The notes under the pieces: model-generated
Databases searched by the model: none
What the model was told of the DNA's origin: nothing
Seen by the model: the letters and a program-made list of their open reading frames with translations, nothing else
Program-made: the position numbers and the translations under genes
NCBI GenBank assembly: GCA_001600815.1
Contig: BCKZ01000034.1
Location: 1-64,000, forward strand
DNA from: Alloascoidea hylecoeti
Taxonomy: Eukaryota
Length of the DNA stretch: 64,000 nucleotides
Direction of reading: 5' to 3'
In this document: piece after piece, positions 1 to 10,890 of the stretch
How the letters are laid out: each line of letters begins with the position of its first letter
How positions within the stretch are numbered: the first letter of the stretch is position 1

Positions 1-35
1 ACTATATTTTGTATAAAATTCTAAAATAGCGAGAA

Positions 36-196
36 TGTTGAAACTATATTTAGAATTATATAATTATCTTATTTATATAGAATACATAGTAAAAAGAAAT
101 ATAAAAAGAGAAGAAATCCTCCTCAGGATTTCTTTCTCTACCCTTTTTATTTTACACTTATCTTACCTATTAAAATTAAAAATTTTTAGAATTTTA
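36..196 (+). repeat. LTR copy, truncated and joined directly to RT coding sequence
   Basis: Nearly identical to 1966-2125; starts with TGTTG after the polypurine tract. Confidence 0.85.
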
Positions 197-209
197 TAAG
201 GCTAGACTG

Positions 210-1577
210 GTGGCCAAAGGATATTCCCAATCCAAAGGTATTAATTATTATAATACATATGCTCCAGTCTCATCTCATGACAGTCTAAGAACTTTACTAG
301 CTCAACATACTTTAAATACTGATAATGTTATGGTACAATTTGATGTTAAAACTGCATTTTTGTCTTCTAATTTGAATGAATCTATCTATTTAAAACCACC
401 ACCTGGTGTTAAATCTGAATCAAATTGTAAATGGAAACTCAACAAATCTCTATATGGTCTTAAACAATCTCCAATGAACTTCTACAACAAAATAAGTGAT
501 GTTTTAAAANCTATTGGTTTTAAAAATAGTATAATTGANCCTTGTGTTTTTCAATCCGAGACTGTTAAGCTCATTATTTATGTTGATGATGGAATTCTCT
601 TTGGTTCTAAACCAAATGTTGATAAAGTTTTAAAAGAGTTACAAAAGGCGTTTACATTGAAAATTGATTACAATCCTAAAGTGTTTTTGGGTATAACAAT
701 AAATACTCAAAAAGGGGGGATTAAACTCACATTAAANGATTATCTCAGTAAGGTAGAAAAAGANCAAAATATAACACCCAATTTTTATAACTCTACCCCA
801 TTACCAGAGAACTATGATATCAATGTTAATTCTGAATTACTCAATAAAGAAGAAATTAACAAGTATCAACAAATCATTGGCATTTTAAACTACTCTGTAT
901 CAACTGTGAGATTTGACATAGCTTATGCAACTAGTATTCTAGCCAGAAAGTTACAATCACCCACATATTCTAACATGAAAGCAGCCAAAAGGGTTTTAAA
1001 CTACATCATTGCTACTAAATCTTTTGGTATTACTTATAAGAAAAATAATAGATTGGATATTGGAATTGTTAATTCATTATTTATGAAAGAAAAGAAACCT
1101 ATGATAATGGAATTACCCAAAAATAATGAAGTCAAAGTTATNACAGATGCATCATGGGCTGACCAAAAGGATAGAACATCTACTTTTGGTTATATGACTT
1201 TTGTAAACAATAATTTGGTCTCCTGGAAATCAAAGAAAATTCCAAATATTACTTTGTCTACCTGTGAAAGTGAGATTGTTGGAATAGTAGAAGGAATNAA
1301 AAATGCATTATTTNTTGATCACTTTATGAGAGAATTAAGATTTNAAATGGAGACTATTAAAGTAATTAACGATAATATGGCTGCTATATCCTCATCAGAT
1401 CATTATTGTAATAGGTCAAAACATCTTGAAATTAAATGGTTTTACACTCGTGAACTTGTAGCACGAAAACTTATAGAACTTTACTATATACAAACANATG
1501 AAAACTTATCTGATCATCTTACAAAAAATTTNAATAAAAACCAATTCAAAAAACTTACTGAAACAATTATTAACTAA
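210..1577 (+). CDS. Partial copia Pol: reverse transcriptase plus RNase H (5'-truncated; frame open from 180)
   Basis: YKARLVAKGYSQ (from 195), QFDVKTAFL, LNKSLYGLKQSP, YVDD catalytic motif, TDASWAD, VSWKSKK, STCESE, KHLEIKW, ENLSDHLTK. Ten codons contain ambiguous N bases. Confidence 0.92.
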   Translation: MAKGYSQSKGINYYNTYAPVSSHDSLRTLLAQHTLNTDNVMVQFDVKTAFLSSNLNESIYLKPPPGVKSESNCKWKLNKSLYGLKQSPMNFYNKISDVLKXIGFKNSIIXPCVFQSETVKLIIYVDDGILFGSKPNVDKVLKELQKAFTLKIDYNPKVFLGITINTQKGGIKLTLXDYLSKVEKXQNITPNFYNSTPLPENYDINVNSELLNKEEINKYQQIIGILNYSVSTVRFDIAYATSILARKLQSPTYSNMKAAKRVLNYIIATKSFGITYKKNNRLDIGIVNSLFMKEKKPMIMELPKNNEVKVXTDASWADQKDRTSTFGYMTFVNNNLVSWKSKKIPNITLSTCESEIVGIVEGXKNALFXDHFMRELRFXMETIKVINDNMAAISSSDHYCNRSKHLEIKWFYTRELVARKLIELYYIQTXENLSDHLTKNXNKNQFKKLTETIIN

Positions 1578-1861
1578 AATTATTATCTTATCATTATTAT
1601 TTATCTTATTATTACTTATTTTATTGTTTTATCTTATTAATTTTATTTTACCCTTTTTATTAACTTATCTTATTAAAAACCTATTATTTTATTATGAAAA
1701 AATTATTTAATTATTTAAGAAACTTATTTTATATTAATCATTTTAAACTTATTTTACAAATTATTTTTATTATTTGTTTTTTACTATATTTTGTATAAAA
1801 TTCTAAAATAGCGAGAATGTTGAAACTATATTTAGAATTATATAATTATCTTATTTATATA

Positions 1862-1961
1862 NNNNNNNNNNNNNNNNNNNNNNNNNNNNNNNNNNNNNNN
1901 NNNNNNNNNNNNNNNNNNNNNNNNNNNNNNNNNNNNNNNNNNNNNNNNNNNNNNNNNNNNN
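1862..1961. other. Assembly gap (100 N)
   Basis: Run of N. Both flanks carry the same LTR start sequence, so the true gap length is unknown. Confidence 0.99.
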
Positions 1962-1965
1962 AGAA

Positions 1966-2154
1966 TGTTGAAACTATATTTAGAATTATATAATTATCTT
2001 ATTTATATAGAATACATAGTAAAAAAGAAATATAAAAAGAGAAGAAATCCTCCTCAGGATTTCTTTCTCTACCCTTTTATTTTACACTTATCTTACCTAT
2101 TAAAATTAAAATTTTAAGAATTTTACTCTATTCCTATCTATGAAATTCTTCACA
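1966..2154 (+). repeat. 3' LTR copy
   Basis: TGTTGAAAC... matches 36-196 up to ~2125; possible CA end at 2153-2154. Confidence 0.75.
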
Positions 2155-3349
2155 AATGTTGTTTTTGAACCGCTCTGGACACCTTGTATTTCTGGTCTCT
2201 GAGTCGATAATTCCATACTTGTTTTCATAAAACTTTGGTGGGATTAGTTTAACGGTGAATATCAGAATTGGGTTTTCTTCAACCTTCTCATAGTAGTACG
2301 TTTTTATTGGAGTTCCACTTAGTAATAAGCACGCATGAAAAGCTGTAGAACCGCAAAATAAGACAAGAAGGTACCATATCCACAGGAGCAAATATTCATT
2401 AACCCTTCGTTGAATTGTAAGGTGCAATGGATCTCTTCGGCAAACGTAAAATCGCTCTCACTTAAACTGTACAGTTCTTCTCGGGATCCGAGGTAGCAAT
2501 AGGTTGGGGCTTCATCATTGACCAAAACCGATTTAAGGCATTTTAAGCTGCTCAACCAGCGGGTTGGGGTATAGCTGGTGAGCATGTATAACTTTGGTGA
2601 AACCGCTGCCCTGCCATTCATGTAAAACTTTTGATTAGCGACGAGTTATTTATTTTGGAACATAGTGTTTTAATTTTATTTAACACATGTTTAAGAATCG
2701 TCTGTTCTAATTAACATTCACTAAATTCTGAATTGCCAAATCGCTAGAAGTCGCTGCTTGTACTGATTCAATTCTACGAACGTGGAGGAAGCTCTCCGTT
2801 CCCAAATTAATGATGTGTGCTATGCAGCCAATGTTCATGTGGTGGTTGAATAATGGAAGTAATCCACCTTCCACAATGAGAATTTCGAATGTAGAAGAAA
2901 TAATATCTACATTGTTTTTGTGGATGGGTGAATCTTTCCTTTGCAATAAAAAGTTGTGTTGTAAGATAATTCATCGGTTGATATACTTGAAATAGTTTTT
3001 TCTTTTCTCAATTTATTCAAGACTTCACCTTTTTTCTAGAGAACCTTATTATTCAAATATTTGATCATTGATCTGGATGATTTGGGTTTAACATGATCCC
3101 TTAAAGATGAAGACTGCAACAAGTAGCCCATGAAGGAATTAAACTCATCGATAGCGAGCATGTTCATGTTACTTTATCCTGCCCATGCTTATTTCTAAGG
3201 AGATTATATAGTCGACCTATTGCCCCACCAGAAGCTTTAATGGAGCTCAAGGTTTCTCTGCAATTTTCAAATCTACAAGAAGCCTCTAAAGCTAATTTAT
3301 TATAATTGTAGAAAAACCAGCAGTCACTTAAAAGATTTGGGCTTGACAT
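2155..3349 (-). pseudogene. Degenerate hAT-superfamily transposase with N-terminal BED zinc finger
   Basis: In order across frames: BED-like CWFFY..ASCRFENC..GRLYNLLRNKHG (3164-3349); ..NKLRKEKTISSISTDELSYN with a catalytic-Asp-like TD; CxxH motif GCIAHIINL (~2803-2829); TPTRWLSSLKCLKSVL (~2560); LSESDFTFAEEI; degenerate LDPR-like region. Stops and frameshifts throughout. Confidence 0.85.
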
Positions 3350-3949
3350 GGTAGACGCTTTTAATCTCAGGAAAATATAAATAATTTGAATGAAGAAAAT
3401 ATGGATAATCTAATCCTGAAAATAGGCAATTAATGTTGTATTTATGCTCACTCTTCACCTATATATATAGCTAGGCTAGTATTACATATATTTATATATA
3501 TTATATAGTATTATATACGTAAAATTTATAAATAGATATGATGTGTAATCCTGTATATTTAAATTATATTTGTCGGCCTTTAACTCTTTGGTGTATCATA
3601 ACTTTAGATATTTAACACAAACTCAAACATAACCTCCTACTTGGGTGAATCTAGGGTATAAATATGGGAATCGTTAATTCCCACATGTTTGAATCCACCA
3701 AAGTACCTGTTTAGTGGCAAAAACGCTGGTTCATAAGTAGATTATATATTTAATTTATGAATAGATATTGAAATAATTTTAAATAGTTAGAAATATGATT
3801 CTAACAGAAAAGCCCTATAATAATAATTTAAATAATTCTTTTTGAATCATAAAAAAAAAAAGAAAAGGAAAAACAGAAAAAAAAAGCTCAGCTCGACCTT
3901 CTCAGAATTAAAAGTAGAGCTTCAGTCGAGCTTACTGAGTTCGAGTTTG

Positions 3950-4340
3950 GTGGTCGAGGTAAACAGTTTGAAAGTATAGGTGGCCGAAAATTAGTGTAGA
4001 GTGGTCGAATGTTAATTCAAGGTGTGGTCAACTTGAGTCAAAAAGTGATCAAACCTTTATATATGACATGGCCGAATATTTAACTTAGATGCTGATCACA
4101 AATTGACTGTAGTGCAGTCGAAGTTTTATGCAAGATATGGCCCAGTATTTAATTGAAAAAGTGGTCGGATACTTAACTCAAGATATGGTCGAATATTCAG
4201 AAAGGATGGACGAATACTTTATTCCATAAGTGGTCGAAACTTTATACATGACGTGGCCTAATATTTAATCTAAAGGGTGGTCGAATATTTATTGCGTCAT
4301 GTGGTCGAATATTTAAGTCTACAAGTGGCCGATATTTACG
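3950..4340. repeat. Degenerate tandem array, ~17 units of mostly 21-24 bp, core RTGGYCGAATATTTA; probable hAT subterminal repeats
   Basis: Cores start at about 3950, 3980, 4001, 4024, 4045, 4068, 4092, 4114, 4137, 4161, 4185, 4206, 4230, 4253, 4277, 4301 and 4325. Confidence 0.9.
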
Positions 4341-4347
4341 CATACTA

Positions 4348-4628
4348 CTGTAAGTCTTGTATCGAAACTACAAAATCACATAATAAGCTTAGGTTTCTGC
4401 AATTGTAAACTCTTCTGATATCACAGATTCACACATTTGGATATGCATATACATTTAAAACCACTTAGCATCTCTATTAGCTAGACCACATCCCCGAATA
4501 TCTTTGTCCAGGAGTTACGATACTACAGATTCACCTACAAATTCCATTCACTCATAAAGTTAGGCAATACATGTACAAGACTGGGATAGCCGTTAACTGG
4601 AGGGAATACCTGATACAAGTCTCACTAG
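4348..4628. mobile_element. Candidate MITE (Tc1/mariner-pogo-like, TA-flanked)
   Basis: TA|CTGTAAGTCTTGTATC ... GATACAAGTCTCACTAG|TA: imperfect terminal inverted repeats with TA on both sides and no ORF inside. Confidence 0.4.
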
Positions 4629-4773
4629 TAGTGAACCTCAAATTGAAAGTTGTGAATTAACAAATAAAAAGATAACAATTAATTCCATTATACTATACAA
4701 GATAACCGCAAAATGAAAAAAAAAGTACTATACATCAGCCAGTACTACCCAATAAACAAAAATCTCAAAACAC

Positions 4774-5178
4774 CTAGTCAGTAGAAGAAGTATATTTTGT
4801 AACAGCTCGAGTACCTTCAGAGACAGCATGTTTGGCCAATTCACCAGGAAGAATTAAACGAACCGCAGTTTGGATTTCTCTAGAGGAAATTGTAGATTTC
4901 TTATTGTAAGCAGCAAGTTTTGAGGCTTCAGAAGCAACACGCTCAAAAATATCATTGACAAAAGAGTTCATAATGGACATAGCTTTGGTGGTGATACCAG
5001 TATCTGGATGGGTTTGCTTGAGGACCTTATAGATATAAGAAGAGTAAGTTTCCTTTCTGGTCTTGGTTCTCTTTTTCTTATCAGTGACGGGTGCAGCGGT
5101 TTTTTTGCCTGCGGTGGAAGGTTTCTTCTCGGCTGGAGCCTTGGAGGCTGGTTTCTTTTCTGCTGCTTTTGGGGCCAT
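4774..5178 (-). CDS. HTB1: Histone H2B
   Basis: [15 protein letters not shown]...[22 protein letters not shown]...[12 protein letters not shown]; true ATG at 5178. Paralog number (HTB1 vs HTB2) cannot be resolved. Confidence 0.98.
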   Translation of the reverse strand: MAPKAAEKKPASKAPAEKKPSTAGKKTAAPVTDKKKRTKTRKETYSSYIYKVLKQTHPDTGITTKAMSIMNSFVNDIFERVASEASKLAAYNKKSTISSREIQTAVRLILPGELAKHAVSEGTRAVTKYTSSTD

Positions 5179-5466
5179 TTTAATAATCGATAGTAAATTG
5201 AGAAATTGGTCAATTTGGAGGGGAATTGTTGTTTTATTTATACCATTCATCGGCACAGCAGGACACCCCTCTCTAACAGCAAGACACCCGGACCATAATA
5301 TACTCAGGGCCAGATATAGGGGCTCCTAACGAGGAGTGGAAAATGGAGGAAAAGTAGCAATCGTGCAGGTTCTGCAGGACCTGGATAGTGACCGCTACGG
5401 GGCTTATAAAAACAGATAGATTCCACCGGTTTTTCCACATATTATCTCATCAACACACTATTAATC

Positions 5467-5865
5467 ATGTCCGGAGGCAAATCAGGAGGAAAAGCTCAAG
5501 CTACTGCAAAGACATCTCAAACTCGTTCATCTAAGGCTGGTCTAACCTTCCCTGTTGGCCGTGTCCATAGACTCTTAAGAAAGGGTAACTACGCACAGAG
5601 AGTCGGTGCTGGAGCCCCTGTTTACTTGACAGCCGTTTTGGAGTATCTTGCTGCCGAAATCTTGGAGTTGGCTGGTAACGCTGCTAGAGACAACAAGAAG
5701 TCCCGTATTATTCCTCGTCACTTACAATTGGCCATCAGAAACGATGAAGAATTAAACAAATTATTAGGACATGTTACCATTGCTCAAGGAGGTGTTTTGC
5801 CAAACATTCACCAAAATCTGCTTCCAAAGAAGAGTGCGAAGGGAAAGACCTCGCAGGAATTATAA
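5467..5865 (+). CDS. HTA1: Histone H2A
   Basis: [24 protein letters not shown]..., C-terminal SQEL (gamma-H2A site); divergent pair with H2B. Paralog number cannot be resolved. Confidence 0.98.
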   Translation: MSGGKSGGKAQATAKTSQTRSSKAGLTFPVGRVHRLLRKGNYAQRVGAGAPVYLTAVLEYLAAEILELAGNAARDNKKSRIIPRHLQLAIRNDEELNKLLGHVTIAQGGVLPNIHQNLLPKKSAKGKTSQEL

Positions 5866-6091
5866 TCTACTTGAACATCTGGTTATGAATATGATACTTT
5901 GTACATTATTAGTTGTTTTTCTTAGTTTTGCTGGGGTTCTTGTATAGCAATAATACAATTTGTGTGTATTTAATAAATTTATAAAACCCGTACACCTCCA
6001 TGCTCATGCTCATACCCGTTTAGTACTTTTATTAAATCGGTTTCTTATTTTATCTCAGCTACTTCGACTTGAATACTTGGGCAGCCTAACC

Positions 6092-7942
6092 ATGAATGAC
6101 AAATTAGATCGCTCCGTAAAACGGTCAAAGGGGGTCCCGGATCCATCGCTAAACTCAGATATTGATGATAGCTCTAGATCAAAGGCCATAATGGCCGCTG
6201 ACGATGAGACCTTTGCTGCTACTACGTTTGCCCTCAAACGGACCCGTTCGTTAGGAATACTGGACAACTTCATTGAACAAGCAAATAATTACTCTGAGAA
6301 AGACATCAATACTTTGCCAAACTCAGTTAACCCTTGTGGTGAGCCTTCTGACAAATCATCTGGCAAATCATCGGGTCACGTTCCTACTATTGTGGAGAAA
6401 TCCGACTTAACTCCAGAGCCGTTAATCCCACTGGAACCACAAGAAGCTGCTTATAATCATGATCAAACACATCATATCTTTAACGAAAAAACTGTGGACC
6501 TTACGGTACCTCCAGATGATTCATCCATCAAACATGAGCCGGCTCAGCATGTTGATTACTTCTCTCACAACTGGAATGAGCGCGATATATTCGCTTCCTG
6601 GAAATATATTGTAATGAATTCTCGGAATGTTGCTAAAAGTGCAAGATTAGAAAATGCTAGTTGGAGAAGCTGGACTAAATCAAAATACAACTTAAAAACT
6701 GTTCCTCCAGAGTCTGTAAATTGGTCAAAAGATTGTGATATTACATCGTTAATCGGACCACTGTATAACGAGCAAAAGCCTTCCCCATTTCTTGATACCA
6801 TTGATAGTAATACAGATACTAGGACCATTGATGCTCAAGCACAACAGACAGATATTCCGACAAAGTCGATTCTTAAAAAGAAAACTATTCCTGAAATGAT
6901 TGTATCCAATGGAGGAATTTTCACCGACCATATTCATCAACATAGTCATGATGATGATTCTTCCTCTGCTAGACATCACGAACAAGACTCTTCTTATGCC
7001 AGGCACCACAAATACAGACAAAGGATTCAAATTGACAGTGATTCATATGAATTAAGCACTTCTAGAATAAAAAATGGTATTTATTCCAATTCGTCAAAAG
7101 CCCTAAATGGTCTACTTAATGGCAATAATAAGGCTAATCCTACTAGACATGAATTACCCCTAAGTATAAATTCAAAAACCTCCTCAGAATTTGGAAAGTT
7201 CAATACAGCTAACTCCTCTTTAACGTCGAGTACATCTTCACTACGCAAATCGGATCGCCATATCCATTTCAATAATCGAGTTCAACAGTGTATTGCTGTT
7301 GATGTACCAAGAGATACGATAGAGAAATTCGAGGATAATGATTTTGCAACCGATGACCACGATTTCAAAAACATGAAAAATAAATTTAAAGAACCAGTAA
7401 GTGATTCTGATAGTGATTCCGAGGATGAAGGAGGATTTTTTCTGAACGTTCGATCAGGGTCATCCAGCTCTTTGCACAAATCTGGGTTCACCCTATCTCC
7501 GATGAAGGAAAATAATAATAACAATCTCTCTACAATAACCATGCTTCCAGCCACCACACTGAAAAATCCAACTGATGATGATGAGGAGATATTAGAAGGG
7601 TATAATACTGAGACGGAACCTGATTATTTTTCCAACGCCATTAGTCACAATACAAACACAAGTCGGGGGTATGATTATAGATATGAATACAACAAAGTAT
7701 ATCATACATCGAATTATTCGAATTATGATGGTGCAGGTTCAACAGACAATAATATGCTTTCAGAAGGAGGAACACCTACTGAAATAGTTAGTATACCTAT
7801 TAATATTGGGTCTCAATTGAAAGATCAAGTTGAAGCAGAAGCAAAGCAGTTTAAGCCTCCCGCTCGGGCTGAGTCTTATAGATCTTCATTTCTTCTAGAA
7901 AATGATTCAAGCGAATCAGATGAATCAGATGATGCACATTAA
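6092..7942 (+). CDS. REG1: Glc7/PP1 regulatory subunit, Reg1-like
   Basis: VDYFSHNW..SWKYI..RLENASWRSWTK..NWSKDCD domain and RHIHFN PP1-docking motif; first ATG at 6092. Confidence 0.85.
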   Translation: MNDKLDRSVKRSKGVPDPSLNSDIDDSSRSKAIMAADDETFAATTFALKRTRSLGILDNFIEQANNYSEKDINTLPNSVNPCGEPSDKSSGKSSGHVPTIVEKSDLTPEPLIPLEPQEAAYNHDQTHHIFNEKTVDLTVPPDDSSIKHEPAQHVDYFSHNWNERDIFASWKYIVMNSRNVAKSARLENASWRSWTKSKYNLKTVPPESVNWSKDCDITSLIGPLYNEQKPSPFLDTIDSNTDTRTIDAQAQQTDIPTKSILKKKTIPEMIVSNGGIFTDHIHQHSHDDDSSSARHHEQDSSYARHHKYRQRIQIDSDSYELSTSRIKNGIYSNSSKALNGLLNGNNKANPTRHELPLSINSKTSSEFGKFNTANSSLTSSTSSLRKSDRHIHFNNRVQQCIAVDVPRDTIEKFEDNDFATDDHDFKNMKNKFKEPVSDSDSDSEDEGGFFLNVRSGSSSSLHKSGFTLSPMKENNNNNLSTITMLPATTLKNPTDDDEEILEGYNTETEPDYFSNAISHNTNTSRGYDYRYEYNKVYHTSNYSNYDGAGSTDNNMLSEGGTPTEIVSIPINIGSQLKDQVEAEAKQFKPPARAESYRSSFLLENDSSESDESDDAH

Positions 7943-8745
7943 TATGATCCAACAAGGGAGCTGATGAATTGGGGCTTGAACCAAACACCAAATTTGGTAA
8001 TAACGATATACAAGTGAGGGTGACTTTGGGTGGATTGTGTTGATAAAGAGATACGGGAATTTTTGATTCCCACTTGTACGATTATACGCTATATCTAATC
8101 AAGTAAGAACTAAACTCAGTTACGTAGAAATGAAAGTATATATTAGATGTTGTTGATATGGAGGACTTCACTTCCTCATGCAACATTCTTTTCTTATAAT
8201 TTTTATTAGTTTAAACATTATATATTTAAGAATCTCCTCATATTTTTAAGGAATATCATTACATATCCAAAAATATTAATATTGTAATCGTTTCAACCAG
8301 TGGTAAAGGAATATTGTTAATTCTCTTGAGATGGTAACGTTAGCATAGAATTGTGGTGATACCTGTAAAGAACGGTCAGACAGGAAATTGGATCAGAGAC
8401 CCCTCGCGATACGAGAGCTCCTTGTAGGTAAATCTATCATTGTGGTCCGTTACTTCATCCCATCTGAATGGGCCATCTTCTAGAGTTAATTCCGGTGTAA
8501 TAGAGACTTCCCAGATTATACTTATTCTTAACATTATACATATTATACTATAGATTTCATATGTATAAGTTATAGTGACGTAAAACCGTTTGATGTGAGA
8601 CAAACATTCACTAAAACTTTAACCTTAAGCTTAATATTGCACCAAGGCGTCGATAATATAGGGTGTGATATAAAATATATATATATATAACGCTAACGAG
8701 TAACTCCCTTCCAACCATCCACCATCTTTCGATAGTAAACTCAGA

Positions 8746-10779
8746 ATGTACCGGTCTTCTACAAATATGGACGTAACCACGATATTGCGTTATCTCGGCA
8801 GAGTTCAGGATTCTGAACTTGAAAAGCTGAGCAAGGAACAGAGCAACCTGTTCATTTGTACTTTTATGGATAACATTTTACAAAATACAGCCGACATTGC
8901 TGGATGTATTAATGGGGTGTCCCAGGTTTTTGCATTCAGCGATCCCTCAACTCCACAACTGAACGATGAAAAACTTTTGGGTCAAGTCTTCACTATTGTA
9001 TGTTTTTATCTGTCAAACACAATGATCTATACCAACTAACAGTTGAATGAAGATTTTTAGACAACGCTTGGCTGATTCCGATATCGACATACTCTGTGCT
9101 GCTATCAATGTCCTTCTAACAGGCTTGGAATTGAAGGGAATCATCGATCCAGTATACAATGCTACTGTGTATTCTATCGACAGTCATGCCGATGTATTAT
9201 TCAAGTTGCTTGCCCAACGCGTGGATGGCCAATCTCCCACTACAATCGGCCTTTTCATGAAATTCTTGTCCAAATTCTTCACTCTATTTGATGGAACTGA
9301 TCGATGTCTTGTCCCCCTTATAATGATAAGAGAAGGTGGGTTTAATTTATCCCTCATGGTAAGTAACTTTCTCCTTTGATTACGAAACATCTCCCTTTAC
9401 TTACATTAATATTATTATAGAATATGATCGAAGACAAGTTAATAGTCGTACACAGCGATGTGATGGAATACATGTCTTGTTACCGTGATGTGTTAAGAAC
9501 CGCACACGCAACTCCATTGAATCTTAAAAACGAAAGTCATAAAACGCTTGCAACTGAGACATTACAATTGATTCGAGACACACTAGGATGTAATAATAGA
9601 GAAGGTTGGAAGAAGGCAGGATTCTCGGACTCTGAATGGGAAATTGAAGGGCTTTCAGATGCTCTATCCAAATATTTATCGAAAAAAATGTCTATTTTGG
9701 ATATTTTAGATCTGATTCACTTTTTAAAAGATCAAAATCTGATGTTTAAGAAGCCATATACCGAACAATTAATGTTTACAGATGAGGAATATTGTCTTCC
9801 TTTGATATTAGCAGCTACATCCATCACTAAATTTTTAGTTACGTTGTTCAAAGTGAACCATAAGAGAAGAGCGTGGCCTTCCTTACAAGTATTGAGAAAC
9901 TTTATTCTTGCGTGGAGCACATTATATTTCTATGGCATGGCGAACCTGTTCCGAATATGGAAGGCAGCAAAAGCACAGTCAGGAGATTTTTGCAATATTG
10001 AAAATCTCTTGATGGTTTTGACTACAGAAGTAATTTTCAAGCTTTCAGATACAGCTACGGTGGAGGATTTGGCAGATTTATTTGGAGCAATGTCGTATCA
10101 AGATTTGCGAAAATATCAATTACAACAAGAAGAAAAAGAACCTATGATTACTTGGCGGCGCGATCTTGAAGCCATGGAGAGCAGGTATGCCAGAGAAACA
10201 GAAATTTTTATTAAAGAGCAACGGGTTTTATCTCTAATGCGGGGATCTTGGGGTTTTGCAGAGAACCCATTACAATTCCGGGATGCCAAAGCAATATATT
10301 GTGCAATTTCACCTAATCGGCAAAATTTGTTATATAAGGTGTTTTTAAAGAGACCTGCATATTATTCACAATTTGAAACTGAATGCAAGTCAATTGATCT
10401 CAACAGTGTATTAGACATAGTTTCTAAAGATATTACGCCAACTTCCCATCTACAACCAGGTATTCGACTTATCAATTTGACAAGCCGAAGTGTTTATAAA
10501 CAAATAACATTAATAGGAAGGGGAGAGAAACCTAATTTGCTAACGTTTTTCACGAATAAAGCAGAATTGGGATTTGAATGGTCAGATGGGCTCTCTATAC
10601 TAATCAAAAAGCCAAATCTTTCAGAAATGACAAGACAACATGTTGATATTTTGACGGATCTTAGATTGAAAATTCAAATGATGGATGTAGTAGATGGGGA
10701 CATAAAGAAAGGAAAGGAAATTGTTTCAGATGAGGCAGATATTTCGGAGATTGATGAAGAAGGGTTTTACTATTCTTGA
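8746..10779 (+). CDS. LMO1: ELMO/CED-12-domain plus PH-domain protein (Lmo1-like); exons 8746-8997, 9053-9358, 9421-10779
   Basis: Introns GTATGT..ACTAAC..AAG and GTAAGT..TAG join the three ORFs in frame; ELMO-like LFRIWKAAKAQSGDF and C-terminal PH-like FEWSDGLSIL. Confidence 0.75.
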
Positions 10780-10890
10780 AGCCTTTAGTTATACTTTCTT
10801 GTTCTTGTTCTTGTTCATGTTCTTGTTCATGTTCATTTTATTTTTATTTAGTTTTTCTATAAGCCGTATGTAGAGTAATATATGTAATAT

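Larger units (their letters stand above)
1..2154 (+). mobile_element. Ty1/copia LTR retrotransposon (Ty5-like), 3' part: RT-RNaseH, AT-rich 3' UTR, polypurine tract and LTR; rearranged or collapsed copies
   Basis: Copia RT and RNase H motifs are present. A purine tract AAAATAGCGAGAA directly precedes TGTTGAA at 36 and 1818, and TGTTGAA recurs after the gap at 1966. Bases 1-79 are repeated at 1783-1861. TGTTGAA is also how Ty5 LTRs start. The right boundary (..TTCACA 2154) is tentative. Confidence 0.9.

Noticed and set aside
1498..1710. Hydrophobic 70-aa ORF (env-like or membrane peptide)
   Set aside because: Product of the T-rich low-complexity 3' UTR; starts inside the RNase H coding region.
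3950..4340. CRISPR-like repeat-spacer array
   Set aside because: Eukaryotic context, degenerate cores, linkers of only 7-10 bp that resemble each other, and no cas-like gene; hAT subterminal repeats explain it better.
8280..8520. snR30/U17, U3 or RNase MRP RNA
   Set aside because: Only partial motif look-alikes (ATATTCCTT/AAACGAT; GAAGTCTC/GGAGCT) without the required flanking helices.
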